Source: the human T2T-CHM13v2.0 reference genome, Homo sapiens. Taken from it: DNA of 64,000 bases. The stretch is from the NCBI RefSeq assembly GCF_009914755.1, contig NC_060936.1; one strand, 5' to 3'. Below the pieces are notes generated by a model. The model did not search any database. It had not been told where the DNA came from and was given only the letters and a program-made list of their open reading frames with translations. Positions 44,735 to 60,342 of this stretch are shown here, piece by piece. Both the position numbers and the translations under genes were made by a program. Every line of letters starts with the position of its first letter. Within the stretch, counting starts at the first letter, position 1.

Positions 44735-45115
44735 ATTTCTGTCAAGTCAGCAGATATTTGTTGAGTACCTATTATGTGCTAGGCTAGGATCTCAGAATAC
44801 AATGGTGGGCAAACTGCAAAATTCCTGCCCTTAGGAACCTTAAAATATAGTAAAAGAGATCAACATTAATTTGATTTGAACCATTTTAATATCTTCAAAG
44901 GAGAAGCACTTGAACGCCATGAGGATTTGACCTAATTAGACTGATTTGACCTAGTTGGAATCCTATAGAAGGGGCTGTAGAACTGAGATCTAAAAGATGA
45001 GTCATGTTTAAGTCAGGATGGAGGGGAGGGAAGAGAGCACCCCACAGAGAGACTAAGATAAAAAGTCCCTATCAAAGAAAGAGCTGAGGCTTTAAGAATC
45101 AGCTGCAGTGGAAAT
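44735..45115 (-). mobile_element. L2 fragment
   Basis: 'cagcagatatttgttgagtacctattatgtgctaggct...cctgcccttaggaacctt'. Confidence 0.65.
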
Positions 45116-45127
45116 TGTAACAAAACA

Positions 45128-45653
45128 TGTGGAAATAAACAAAGACCACCCAAAAGAGAACAATCCAAGACTATTTATTCCAAGATTGCTATAGCAAGGA
45201 AGACAGCCACCATCACTTGCATCTTGGCAGAGACTCAAGGGCAGGAAGAGGTGTGAGAAAACTTTAAAGTGGGGGAAAAAAAAAGAAGGCTTGAAGTATG
45301 CCCTGATTGGAGAATGTTGGTTTGGAGAAGCTGTAGGTGGACTCATTAGACATGGAACATTTTATGTGAGTGCTTAAGGATTTCTCTAGCTGAAAGTGTG
45401 AACAAAAATGAGGGAAGTTGTCAGTTATGCATCAAGTCCTGCCCATTTGTGGCCCTTATTACAAGGGTTATTACTGGCTTCCTGGAATGGTAACTACAGA
45501 TAGAAATTGGACTTCCTACAATTCTGACTCATAGTTGGGCTGGTTACTATAGATAATGGGTTGGTTTCCTGGGCTGTGTGCTGCAGGTTGTGGGTCAGAG
45601 TCTTATTGTTATATATGGTTTGGCCATTATCTGTTTGTGTATTCAGTCTCTCA
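45128..45653 (-). mobile_element. Solo ERV1 LTR, MER4-group-like (exact family uncertain)
   Basis: Reverse complement begins TGAGAGACTGAATAC...ACTCTGACCCACAACCTGCAGC...CCCAGGAAACCAACCC and ends ...TTCCACA. Near-TSD aaca / aacc. Confidence 0.75.
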
Positions 45654-46956
45654 AACCTATGCCTTGTCAAAACAATAAACCAAATCAAAATGAATGTCAT
45701 ATCAATAGAGATCTATGAATCAGCAGAGGTACAGGAAGGAATAATTAATCAACTTTAAGGAAGGAATAATTTAATCAACTAGTTCTATGTTGATAAGGTG
45801 AAACAAAAACATAAGAACGTATGGTACTTTGTACCCAGGGAGAAAAAAATTTTTCATTTTTTTCTTCTGTCTACTTTGTTTTTCATGAATTAGTTTATTA
45901 ATGAAAAATTGAGGGAAAACTGTTTTTAAAATAACACCATATATTAGGTCCTAAAAACAACTTATAATTGCTGCATCCTGCCTTAAATTTAATTCAATAA
46001 TGAAATTATTTTCTATACAGGATTTCTTCTGTTCTACACAGTGATGATTGCTGGAATATTTTGCACGTAATTTTAAAGCATACAGCTTTCTTCCACACTC
46101 ATCCTCCAAACCTACCAGCACACAGAGTTTCAACTTGTTGCTGAGTTCTGTTTTAACATTTCTGGAATGAAAAAAAAAATTCAACACAGGATAATTTTAG
46201 ACATTTCTTTTGGATGGATTTATTCTTTGAAGTATCTGTTTCCCTGGGGCTAGACTTTTTTAGACATTTCTTTTTTAGCCTTCCCCCTGCCCTTTCTCAT
46301 GAAGGTTTTTCCATATGGTTCCCAGGTTGGGACTGGGTCTCTAATCTTTCAGCTGTGAAGTTACATCCATGAGAAACTACCTATCCCATACATGACTTTT
46401 TTCAGTACATTCTTTTCTAAGAAAAACTCAAGAAATTTTATATACAGAGTCATTTGCCTTTTTTTACTTTTTAAGAATTGAATGACTATGTTTGAATGAT
46501 TGCGTTCTTAAGACATTACTTGGATCTTAGCCAGCTAAAATCTCAATTCCATCTAAAAGTATTGAAATTAGCAGGGAAAAATAATTACAATGATAAAATC
46601 TCTCAATTTTAAAACTCATTCAAACATATCATTAAAGATAAAAATAAATTTTCTAACATTCATTATGAGTTTTGTCTTGTTGGGTGGTAAGTGGAGAAAT
46701 AGTTTCTCGAGCCTGAACTACTATTTGAGGTACACTATTTATAACCATGTTCTTGCTGCTTCTGTGTAGGATATGGGAAGAATAAATTCCACACCAACTC
46801 TAGGTTGGCACAAACAGAATTAGGTTTGAGCTCCCCAAGGAACAAATTCTGAATGCCAGGGAGGTTAATTAACTTATGCACTATGCTTTCCTTGACTCTA
46901 GAAAATGCTTCTCTATTTTCTCCCATTGGAAATACTTGATCCTTAAAGAAAAATGG

Positions 46957-47311
46957 TGTATTCCTCTGTTCTCACACTGCTAATAAAGGCATACCTGAGA
47001 CTGAGTAATTTATAAAGGAAAGAATTTTTATTGACTCGCAGTTCTACATGGCTGGGGAGGCCTCACAATCATGGCAGAAGGTGAATGAGGAGCAAACTCA
47101 CGTCTTTCATGGCAGCAGGCAAGAGAGCGTGTGCTGGGATACTCCCATTTATAAAACCATCAGATCTCATGAGACTTATTCACTACCACGAGAACAGTAT
47201 GAGGGAAACCACCCCTATCATTCAATTATCTTCACTTGGCCCTGCCCTTGACAGGTGGGGATTATTACAATTCGAGGTGAGATTTGGGTGGGACACAGCC
47301 AAACCATATCA
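46957..47311 (-). mobile_element. THE1 (B/C) solo MaLR LTR
   Basis: Ends 'gagatttgggtgggacacagccaaaccatatca'. Perfect 5-bp TSD aatgg at 46952-46956 / 47312-47316. Confidence 0.93.
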
Positions 47312-48399
47312 AATGGTGGTGTTCTTCTGCAACAATTTACAAAATTTACTGAAGGGTCACAATTAGGGATCAAATATAAGCTCTACCATGTGAATTTTGT
47401 AAGAATATTTTCCAGACACAACTGACTCTTTGTGAACCAACTTTTCTCCTTCCTCGCCCTGTCCTTCATCCTTGCACCTAAAATATTTATAAACCCATAT
47501 GTATCTGCATACTGTTTTCTTCTAATATATTAAAGGAAACGTGCCTCTTCAAGTCATAGGCCAGATCTCTCCCATGTGAATGAGGCCCCACTCCCTCTGT
47601 GTTCTCAAGGACCTCAGTCCATTGCTCATTTCTTCTAACTTGTGCTTCTTCAACCTTTGCCACTCTAGAGGATCCTTCCCATGAGATTTCAACAAGAATT
47701 AGTGTTCCCATGTTTACTTTTTAAAAATCAATCCTGGTCCTACATCATTCTGTTACTAACCCTATTCTACCTCACAACCACATTTTTAACAGGCACTTTT
47801 TCATGCACTCAAAAAAGAAAAATTCATAGAGTCTCTGCTATGTACTAGGTACTATTTAAGGCACTCAGTGAAAAAAGCTAACAGAAATCCCTGCCATAGA
47901 AAGAAAAAGAAAAAGAAAAGAAAATGAAAAAATGGACCGAGGTGAGTAGAGGACAGTGGTTGATGGAGAATTTAAAGTGCTGTTTAAATAAACTGATAAA
48001 ATAAGGCCTCGCTGAAAGGAAAATGTCTCATTCCTTTCTATTTTCCTTTGAATTTTCTGTTTCCTTATGTTTTCCTGCATCGGCAGGACCAAGGGTTAAA
48101 TTGAATATATTCCCCACTTTATGACACAATATAATTGGTGGTCTTCGCTTCTATTGCTCTTGGTTTATTTCATTTTGTTTTTTTTTTTTTTCTTTTTGTT
48201 CCTGATCCTCTATTCCCCTGAAAATAGACTCACTGTGGTGTTTTTGGGATGTATCCTTGGATGTGTATGTGTGTATGTAAGAGAAAGAGAGAGAGATAGG
48301 GAGGAATGGGGAAAGGGAGACTATATCTATAATTGCTTTGTGTACTTGTTTTAAATTTTCATCCATGATTTTCTGCTATGGAGCTCTTTCTGTTTATAA

Positions 48400-48910
48400 A
48401 ATTTGTTGTAAGATGTGGCATACAATATATAAACATAGGTATAATTTAAATAATAATGATATATTAAATATCTATGAACCCACCTTTTGATTCAAGACAT
48501 AGAGAATTAGCAGGAATTAGAAGTGCATGTATTCCTTCTCAAATTCATGCCATTTTTCTCCTCAACAGAGGAAACCACTATTCTGAAGTTAGTATTAATA
48601 ATTTTCCAATTTTCTTTGCAGACCTGAGCAAACCTGTGAATATACAAAATATATTGTTTAGTCTTGCCTGCTTTTGAAATTTATATAAATGGACACAAAG
48701 CATATATATTCTGTGTCACATTTTACCCCAAAGTTAAAAAAAGATAATATCCTATATTGTCTTCATGAAGCTTTATATTATTAGATTCTACTAATAATCT
48801 ACATCTATAACCTATCTTCAATTAAGTTTTGTATACAGTGAAAGATAAGGGTGGACGTTTATTGTTTTCTCAGATGGAAATCCAGATGTGCTACCACCTT
48901 TGTGGAAAGC
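48400..48910 (-). mobile_element. L1ME-type 3' fragments
   Basis: 'cagaggaaaccactattctgaagtt...tttgaaatttatataaatgg' and 'ttttgtatacagtgaaagataaggg'. Confidence 0.55.
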
Positions 48911-50013
48911 ATTCCAGTCAGAAGATATTAAGGAGAGATATAACAACATGGATTGATCTTAAAAATTTATGACTAACTGTAAAAAGAACCAGGATCATAC
49001 TTTTAGGTCTTAGCATATGACAGAATAAGTTCTCTGAATAAATTTCCCAATGGAAAAAATATGCTGGATAAAATACCTTTAAAATGTTTTACTTTAAATG
49101 CTTTGCTGAATTAGCAGGCAGAGAAAACTTCAGAAGCCAAAAATAAAGTAAAAGCGGACACCATGTAAGATAATTAAATACCAAAGATTGCTCTTGCCCT
49201 AAGAGTTTCAGCTGAGCTCAGGAAATCTTAAGCTTCTACATTGCTAGCTGGAAAGTCATTTCAGTTTGGTTTAAAGCCAAGTTGCTGAAGCAAAAGTGAG
49301 TTCTATTTAGAGGAAACAAAATTTCTAATGTTTAAGAAGTTCTACGAAAATGAACAGTTTACACCCCAAAATGACAAAACACACAAGGAAATAAGTCACT
49401 GAGAGTGACAGACAATAGAAAAGAGCAAAGGGTATCTGACTCTCAAATATTAAATATAGAAATTATGAGACACAAATTTATGTAATATGCTGAAAAAAAT
49501 CAAAGGGAAAATTTACAAATATGAGCGATAACAAAGGCTCTAAAATTAAAAGGTCAAGAAAATATGGAGGTAAGTTATTACACAGAATTTTCAGTCATTT
49601 ATAGAGATAATTTTGCTGAGACTATTTCTTTACTAATTGAGTAAGCAGACTATTTGTCCAAACTGGAGAATGTGATATTTCTTATATGAGCACATAGTTC
49701 CTTTGTAGAAATAGTTAATGATTTGGGCACTTTTGCAAATATTCACTGTAATTTTGCGTTAGGCACCTGCTTGTTGGAGTTTATAAAAAAATGTACCCCC
49801 TTTGTCTAGGACAGGATCCACTACAAGAAGTGTCTATCATAGCTCAATTTAATAATGATTGATTGGACACCTACTATGTTCTGGTAGTATGAATTTTTCT
49901 AGACAACAATGAAAGAAAATAAAAGGTTACTAAAAGCCTTGCTTATCTCAAATATCTAAATTTTTAAAACTTGCTATATTGGCACCTAAATTAGCTTAAA
50001 AATTGTCTATAGT

Positions 50014-50312
<299 letters not shown>

Positions 50313-51486
50313 TAGCCTATAGTTTCCAAATTGTTCATAGGCATAACTCATATGTAACATCTAATATTAGAATATACAATATTGATACAGTTTCAAAGGT
50401 TATGAAGATAAATAGTTCTATTTGTATCTTGTCAATAAAAATATTCAACAGTTTTGCTAGATTATTATACTATGATTTTCCAAAGGTTTATTATTTTTAG
50501 TTAAGAATACTAAAATCTGCTAAAAGATACATATCAGATTGAAACATACAATTTTATCCAAAGCTTAGTATGTGATTCCTAAAATATTCTTACAAACAGA
50601 GCTTTATGTTAACTTCTTTCTCCCTAAACTGATAAGCATTCTTTTATGGTTGTTTGAGTAGTACATATTGTATATGTTCATATTTAATATAATTAGAGAT
50701 ATCCAAAGCATTAATATATACCAACTTGTATTCAAAGAATTCTTAACATTTACAATACTCAACTAGGTAGAAGCAATAATTGGATATGGCAAGTGGAATG
50801 GCAATGTAATAAATATACCCTAGAATTTTATGGATGAATGGGATATTAGAAGTCAGAGTTAACATTTTTTCCCATCTAAATGATAACCCAAGTCGGAATC
50901 TCTAGGCATACAACTTTAGAGAACTACTTTTGTTTTGTTGTTATTGTTAGCGTTTTGTTTGGTTGGATCTTTAATTTCCTCAGAAGTTTCTGATAAATTC
51001 CCAGGTTACAATTATTGATTTATTTTACAGAAAGGAATAAAGGCTGAGAGAAGAGGAGAGAGGCAAGGCAAATTCAGACTTATTGAGCACCTACATTGAA
51101 CTAAGTGCGATTACTCTTATAGGTCTCTTCACATACCATTTATCAACCATGTGAAGCAAATTCTTTTTGCCTTTGCTTTCTTTTTTACTTTCCTTTTTCT
51201 TTTGAAAATGACACTAAATTTGTAATATAAAGCATGCTGTTTGTAAGATTTTAATCATTCAAAATAATGTAATTAGAATAGTCTTGATTATCTTACATTC
51301 CCCACCCTGAATAAACACTTAACATTTCAACAAACCACCTTTTGGCCATCTATTCATGTATATATTCACGTATAGATAAATTTATAGAATTATTTTTATG
51401 TCAGATCAAACCATAAATGCAGTTCTCTAACATAATTTTTTAGTCAAAAATATGTCAGATATGTCAAAAATAGATTATTGAATTGA

Positions 51487-51753
<267 letters not shown>

Positions 51754-53169
51754 TAAGTCTAAAAAAAATATATGATTACCACCCTTTGTGCATACTCTAT
51801 AATGAAAGATCAACAAGGGTCAACCTTCATCTTAAGATCTAGAGATAATTGTTTAAATTTCTATTGCCCAAATTATGGGAAGTTCAAGCCTCTCCAAAGA
51901 TTTCTATGTATTGATAGGAAGTACTTATTTTCATCATTAGAGTGGGTTGAGTTCCTGTCCCCAGTGGCTTGGTTTAATGAGCATTTTCATTATTCTGTTT
52001 GTATGGTCTCTCTTTTGTTTGGTCAGAAGTCAAGTCTTCCTGAATATCCTCCCCAAAACTCCTACATATGAAAGACGTTTGTGTAAGACTGAAGATGTGG
52101 GGAGATGATGGGAATTGTATCATAGCAAGGCAAATAAGTCTATTTTTTATATTATGTGTCCATGTTGCTAGAAAATTCTTGGTCATTTCTTAAATTCCGG
52201 TTCCAGCTTTCTATCATGCTCCTCTTTCAATTCTTCTGTGCCTGCCCTCTCATCCCCAAATTACTGCTTGATTCCCAATATGTGACAGATGGCTTTCTCT
52301 TTGTGACCTTGGTCTTCCTTCTCTCCCACCCCACCCAACTTGAAAGGGTTATTGTGATATTCTCTATCCAACTGTTCCCATTCCTAAAGGATAGATTACT
52401 TTCAAAATTGGTATGATTATGTCCTTTGGATTAATACATTTTCACACTGATATCCATTTTTTTGCCCTTTGTATGCTTAACTTCTTAGGGAGTTAATTTT
52501 TTAGAGTCAGATTGCTGTATAAATGGAAATTCAAATTGTATATTTGGCCATATGTTAACAAACTACCATTCCGAAAATTTGAACCAATTTTTATATTTTT
52601 TACAGTTCTTTTTCAGATGAGTTTTGAAGTACTCTCTGTTGGGAGGAACAGCTTCCTCCCCTAAGCCATAAAGCCAGTGACCCACAGTGACCTACCAGAT
52701 TGAACATTCAAAATCAAGTTTTTCTCTTTCCATTGTGTCTATAAACACCGTTGGTAAATACACCCATCTTAAGTGTTTGTAAGGATTACCTGCAATATCA
52801 TATGAAAGTAAGAAGTCCTCAGTAAATACTAAATCTAATACTAGATTTAAAATTATGCGTTTTTAATATCACTACTACAATTTGTGTGTCTGCACTAGGG
52901 TATTCTTATTTCTCTAATTTGGTCTTGTAACACTTAACTTTAGCATTCTCATATCACTTATCACATTGGAACAAAACAAATTTAGACACATGGATAAAAT
53001 ATATCACATATCCTATGAGCTTGTTATGACCTTTTCCTGAAATCCGAACGTTTCTTTAAAACCTTGAAAACTGAAGAAATTATCCTAGTCCCCTACTCAT
53101 TGGTTCTGTATCAGTTCTGTGCAAAATTATTCTTCCGTCCTGCTTTTAGAAAATTAATGAAAACAGTAT

Positions 53170-53350
53170 CACTTAGTGGAAAGAGCGCAGTCTTTATAAA
53201 GTTCACAAGGTTCAAATTATAAGTCTTTTACTAATTAGCTGTATAATCATGTGAAAATAACTTAAGCTCTCAGTTTCAGATTCAGTTTCTCCATTTACAA
53301 AATAAGGTAACAGTATTTATCTCAGAGTTTTTTTGTGACATTTAAATTGA
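53170..53350 (+). mobile_element. MIR
   Basis: 'tagtggaaagagcgcag...ggttcaaatt...cagtttctccatttacaaaataagg'. Confidence 0.65.
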
Positions 53351-54394
53351 ACAGGCCAGACAACAATCTGTCAAAACATATGTGAATGCCCTTGACATTC
53401 AATACATAACAATTTCCTCTTTTACCTTACTTTTTATGGTTACTATTAACTGTGCTTTTAAAAAATTTTTAATTTAACAATGATTAAGTCCATTAAATGT
53501 GGAATAAAGATATTTCTGGGAGACAATATGATAGAACGATAGACTAGAAATATCATATGTTTGTAGTCAAATATGCCTAGATTTGATTATTGACTCTGCC
53601 ATTTCTTAGCCCTGTGATTTTTGATAAATTATTTAATCCCTTATATGTCTGTTTCTGGTGTAGCCAATAATACCTTCCTCCTAAGTTTGTTGTCAGAATT
53701 TAATTTTAAAATGGCTTGGAGAAAGTTGTGCATAGTCGCCTGTTAACTCCCAGTATTAGCAACCTTACCTACCTGGATGATGTAGATTTCCCCTCTGTTG
53801 TGTTTAAGTGGTTGCCAATTAAACCCTACAAATATAAAATTCATCTAGTCTATTAAAATATCAAGTCTGTAAAATATTTACTTCTGATCTTTATTTGATT
53901 ACATACTTATCTCAGGAACAGAAAACTGAAATCCCACAGGGGGTTTATTTTAAAGTAAAGACATTCATACACAATTACAGAAAAATCAATGAAGGAGAAA
54001 CTACATAGTGACATTAATTTTTATTTCAGGGCCCCGTCCTCTAACATATTTGTCAAGATACTGTTTAATCCTTTATATAACTGCTTGAGATACTGATGGA
54101 GTCAAAACAACTGATCAGGAACCTGATTAAACGCAAGAAAAAAGAGAGTATAAAATATATGAAAAGCAAGTTGGTGGTATGAAAATTTTTCTCATTAGTT
54201 TATTTGTTGAAATAAAGCAAAATTTTTCCAACAGTGCCACATACAGACTCCTGTTTATTTAGGGGTCATATTCTTATGGGACCAACAGAATTTTGCTTTT
54301 TGTTTTTGTAATACGAGTTATAATTTATTAAATGAGTAACGCTAAAAATGATTACTATATAGAGAGCATTCATTCATTGTTGAGCTGTTTTAAG

Positions 54395-54397
<3 letters not shown>

Positions 54398-54435
<38 letters not shown>
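54398..54435. repeat. (GT)19 microsatellite
   Basis: Read directly from the sequence. Confidence 0.95.
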
Positions 54436-54437
<2 letters not shown>

Positions 54438-55478
54438 CATCTTTCTCCTGAACATCCACTATCAAATACCATTCGCTGTGAGAAACGATCATGTCTTCAT
54501 TCTTACCTTATCCTTTGGGACTCTATCTTGAATCCCCAAAGAACCTGTAAAGAATGCCTGCTGTCTGGATGAATGGCGAGCAGGTGTGTAAGTGTTACTC
54601 TCGTGGGCACTTTATCCTTCAGCTGAAAAGGGCACAATCTGTTCTTGTGTCACTGGTACAAACCCATAAAATTTGAGAGTGGTGGTCCTACATGTTCATG
54701 GAAAATGATTTAAACCACGCAATTGTGTTTAAAATGATGACAATGGCCTGGATCTCAAAATTGGGATACTATCAGGAGGTCCTCACAAAGTTGATAGTCA
54801 TTAATAGCAGAGATAGGTTTATGTTGACAACTTCCTCCCCTGCAATAACAACAAATTAGGGCCTCAGTTAAAACAAATAAGTGACCCTGGAAACAAGAGC
54901 ATTAGAGCAGATGACAGGAAAAGCTACTATTTATTTCCAAGCAGCATTCAAAGAAAAACTCTGCCAGGAATTTTCAGAAATGAGTAGCTTGTTTTGCTTA
55001 ATCTCAGACCACCTACTGAAACAATGCATTTTTTAAAAATTTCTAAATTGTGGAATTAATTTATTTTTGCTTATTTTTTGTTTTTCTTTTAATGAAGAAT
55101 CTAGACTTCCAGAAACCAGAAAAAAGTGATTAGAGATACAAAATTTGCCCAATATAACATAATAGCTACTGTTACTTTGAGTGGATTTATGTTTCATCAG
55201 ATATACTCAGTAGATTGTTTGACTTCAAAATTTATGTTTCTTGTTTATGACATGAGGAAGCTAATTTGAACTACATAAATCCCTCCCTCTTTGAGGAATT
55301 TTCAGTGTGAGACAAAATGGAGCTTTTGAGTAAAGCTAAATGTTACATTGAGTATAACAGTACAGTGAGGTAGAAAATAAACATCTATACTAGAAAACTG
55401 GGAAACAACCCAAATGTATTCTTGTCATTTTGGTCTGATGACAATAACATTTGGGAAAAAACATTTTGAATAAAGAGT

Positions 55479-55942
55479 TGTGATGCTCAACAGAGTCCTA
55501 AGACAATTATAAATTGATTCAGGTCCATTTAAGCATAAAAAAAATTTATTAAAAAGATGTGAAAGATACCCAGAATCATGTGGAAGCCTGGAGAACTAAA
55601 CCCCAAATCAAACGGAAGCTGGGTAGTTAGAATCTCAGCCAAATCAAGCCACACACCTAAGCCAGGAGGACAACAGGGTTGTGGCTGCAGAGCCCTGGCT
55701 GCCAGCTCAAATCCCTGGAGCAGCAGATGCTGGTTCTTAGACATCACCCTTGTAGCTCTGGACACTCCTCTCACCCAGTCCCTAGAAACCAAAGGCCTCT
55801 GTCACCACCACGGCTACCGAAGGAATTCTTCATGGTCTCTGCACAGGAGTGTAAGAAAGTGAGTGCGTAGCTCTTTTAGGCCCTATAATAGGAGACAATT
55901 AACTCCTCTCTCCCCATAAAAAGCCAACAAATTTTTATGTCA
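55479..55942 (-). mobile_element. Old MLT1-type (L/M/N/O-like) LTR; 3' LTR of the adjacent provirus
   Basis: 'ttaagcataaaaaaaatttattaaaaagat...cagaatcatgtggaagcctggagaac' resembles an antisense MLT1 3' end. It abuts a PPT-like GGATGGAC|TG on the minus strand (55943-55950). Confidence 0.6.
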
Positions 55943-56239
55943 GTCCATCCTAGCATTATATTAAGATCATTCTTTTGCTCATAATTTTAATTTAAAAAAT
56001 TATTCCTTTGTAACAAAATACAGTCATTGCTCATACAAATCCAAACATTCCATCACTCTCTTAACAAATGGAGCACCTCAATTTCTCATTAGGGGTGTAC
56101 TAAATTCCATCTTCAGAATTTGGTGATGATATATATTCCTCTTCAATATATTCAATCAATATTCAGTCAAGATACTGATTCGATATCATATTCAATATCT
56201 TACTAGCTATAAAAAAATTAGAAATCTAATTACCACTCT

Positions 56240-56258
56240 TGGATAAATAAATTGTGAG

Positions 56259-56300
<42 letters not shown>

Positions 56301-56651
56301 CCATGGACTACTACTCAGCCATAAAAAGGAGCAAAATAATGGCATTTGCAGCAACCTGGATGGAATTGGAGACCATTATTCTAAATGAAGTAACTCAGGA
56401 ATGGAAAACCAAACATCGTATGTCTCATTCATAAATGGGAGTGAAGCTATGAGGATACAAAGGCATAGGAATAATACAATGGACTTCAGGGACTCAGGGG
56501 AAAGGGTGGGAGGGAGGTGAGGGATAAAAAACTACACATTAGGTACAGTGTACACTGCTCAGGTAATGGCTGCACCAGAATCTCAGAAATCACCACTAAA
56601 GAACTTATTCAAGTAATCAAACACCACCTGTTCCCCAAAAACCTATTGAAA

Positions 56652-56690
<39 letters not shown>

Positions 56691-56692
56691 AT
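56240..56692 (+). mobile_element. L1PB 3' end, 5'-truncated, with internal (TA)n and an (AAAT)n tail
   Basis: L1PB 3'UTR ('aaatcaccactaaagaacttattc...ttccccaaaaacctattgaaat'). 19-bp degenerate TSD at 56221-56239 / 56693-56711. Confidence 0.9.
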
Positions 56693-59407
56693 GAAAGTTA
56701 ATGACCACTCTAATATATACCCTATATACAATAATGGTATAGAGAAAAAAATTGTAAAGATATGTGTATGCACACACAAACTATATATACACACACTATA
56801 CACACATATGTTGTATATATAAACTTATGTACACACACATAAAAGCACATGAGCATATAAATACATCTACATATATCTAGCTACATATATAATGCACATA
56901 TACATATAAATACACACACACATATATAAAAGCATATAAGAAGTGACTACAATAATCATTTCCACAGTTTCTTGTGGGTCTTAGCTACATATTTGACTTC
57001 CCTTTTCTACTTTATATTTCAGGTTCCTTTAACCTTGACATGTATTTCAGTTGCATGAAGAGCTAACCCTCTTATATTCTTCAACTGTTAGTATCAGACA
57101 TAACAATAAAAGGAATTATCTCATAGATTACCTGTGTTCCATCCATAATCCTCCCAGCCCTCACTGAATAGTAGCAATCCCAACTCCTCTTGATAATAAG
57201 GATCAATGACCCTAAAGAACATCATAAATCTGGTTTTGTCTATTCATTCAATGGTTTGAAAAAATCCCAAAATGATAAGTTGGCAGTTTTCTAATTCAAT
57301 ATAATCATTATTGTGTCACTTGGTGAAATATAAAACAACAGAGCCAAGAATCTTGGGATAGAAAGCAAAAACATCTTGTGAGTGGGCTGTTTGGTATTAC
57401 AGTGAGAAATTCCTTATGTCTACCTTTTCATTCTCAGATTCCTAAATTATGTCTACAGATGAAATAGTACTATTATATTGGTCATTGGTTTAGAACATTT
57501 ACCATTTCCTGAAGGACAGCATCCCAACATTACAAGGCATTGTTTCCAGATGATGGGATAAATAAGTCTTTTATAAAGCACTCAACCATTTTGTAAGGCC
57601 AGCTACTTATGGGAAATGGAGTCTTCATAAGAATAGTAAATTTGTGGGCATTAGCTCTAGGCCTTGAATCTTTACTTGTACAGTGAGGAGAAGACATGTG
57701 GTGAGGGATGTGATGACGGCATATAAAGCATTCGTGAAATTTACTGATAATGATGCTGGAAGAAGTATGATAGGAAAAACAAACTCGTGTTTAGAATAAA
57801 CATCTTTCAATGAGAGCAAATTGGAATAGGTACTTCCACCTATGAAAAAATCAGTTCATTAAAATAAACCAACCATCAGGTAACTAACTAGTTGTCCTGA
57901 GATAATGGGAACTCAGGGTAGGTTGTTGTTACTTGAAAACTGAGAAGTCAGTGATGGCAGTAGTTGAGTCAACCTTGGTGAAAGTAACTCTATTTTGCTG
58001 AGTTCTTGCAAACCATTTATACATGAGAATATGACCCTTTTCATAAAGTCACTCTACTACTAAGAGACATAATAATAGATGGGCTTCTTCATATTTTGGA
58101 GAAAATGTGTATTACATGGAGGTATAAATGAATAGCACTTTACCTTTGACCTAAAAGCCTGCCCCTTTTGATTGGGTCCTGAGCAAAAGGAGCTCCATTC
58201 AGTCCAGACCACATTGCATGCGGTTTTGCCACTCACCTGCCACATTGCCTTGAACCTATCAGGCACATACTGGCAACAACTACAAAATGAGGCACAAGGA
58301 TATCTACAGAACTTGTCAACACGCATGGGCTTTTTGGTGGGCATTCTCATGTGATACATTCTAAGACTATTCTATGAGTTTTATTTCCCTGTTTCCGAAA
58401 ATTCATTCATTACAGACTTAAGATTTGTATGTGTCCTTTATTTGGACCATCATCTCTCCTTCCACTCTAAGAGAAAAATAAGATCTTTCTATTGGTTTTT
58501 TTAATGCTGGGCAAATATCCTTTCTTCAGCATCTACTATGGACACACTTTAATGGGGCTCCAATGCATCAATAGACCACTTTAAGCTGCAGTGCCAGAAT
58601 ACCATGAAAATGTATTTGTAAAATAAATAAAATTATTTTTTCTTAATTAATTAACTTTATCAGTCATCTCATCATGGAAAATGTATCAGAAACCATAGCG
58701 TTTGAATATGGGTTAGCAAAACAGCAGATATAGAAAAGCAAGAAATATAAGCAACTGGTTTATGCAACTGATTTGCTTCTAAAGAAACAGTTTAGATCTA
58801 GTCCCATTTTTTTCACTTTCGTTGTTGCTAGAGTACTGCTTGGAATGACTTTATGTCTATGTAGATTAGAGAGCATCTAGTTCATATTGGGCACCTTGGA
58901 TTGCGTGGTCACCTAGTTTTCAATGTCTACCAAGTTAAAGTTTTTTAAAAGTAAATAGTTGCCAAAAAAAATAAGACTGTGCTCTGAAATCATGGGGCTC
59001 TCCACCCCTACTCTTCTACTGGTTCACTTCCTTTTTCGTTCTTTCTTTTTCTTTCTTTTTTTTTTTTTCCTTAACTTGCTCCAATGCTCACCCTTGATCA
59101 CATGGACTTTTAATCTGCTAAAAAACACTCTGACAAACCTTGAAATCACTGTGTCAAGTGAGTTGCAAAACTGCATTCATTAAGCCTGAACCAACTGAAA
59201 TACTTTCTCATTTTATGAACCCAATCAACATTGGCAGCCTTTCAAGCCAAAGGTCAAAATTTTATATTTAACACTTTGATGTAATATATCTTGACTCTAA
59301 AATGCAAAGAAATTACCAATTACTATGTCTCTGTCTTAGTAGCATAAGACACTGGAACGACTTCCTAGTTTTGATGGGGATGTCCTTATATACTTCAGTG
59401 ATATAGA

Positions 59408-59580
59408 CTAAAGGTTGGAAAACTGTAGACTGCAGGTCAAATCTAGCCTGCCACCTGCTTGTTAACAGCCTGTGAGCACTACTTGAAGGGCTCACTGTTA
59501 AGCCATGGGTACCTACATAATATATTTCATATTGACTTTTCACCTCAAAGCCTAAAATATGTACCATCTGGCTCTGATCT
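59408..59580 (+). mobile_element. MER58 (hAT-Charlie) remnant
   Basis: 'ggttggaaaactgtagactgcaggtcaaatctagcctgccacctg...caaagcctaaaatatgtaccatctggc'. Confidence 0.7.
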
Positions 59581-59929
59581 ATACCCCAAGAGACATCACT
59601 GGGGTGAATAATCTGTATTTTCCTCCTACTCTCTGGCATATATATATATATATGGCATTTAGAATTCTTCTCTGAAAATCCTATCAGTATAGGAAACCTA
59701 TGATGATATTCTGTAGTATAGTAGAGAAAGATACTGAAGAGTAAATTATGCCACTGAGCTGATATAACCTTGAGCAAGATGATAAAAGTAGTATACTGCT
59801 GTCACTGCCAAGTCAAAGCATGCTATTTAACAAAAAAAAAAAAAAAGGCTTGACCTTCTCAGCTGTATGTCATTTGCTAGAGATATATTGATTTTTTCAA
59901 AAATCATGACCTGATTAGCATTTTGATAA

Positions 59930-60342
<413 letters not shown>

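Noticed and set aside
59313-59777. 154-aa minus-strand ORF
   Set aside because: It is a chance frame spanning decayed ERVL pol and a MER58 insertion, and it is not in the RT-motif frame.
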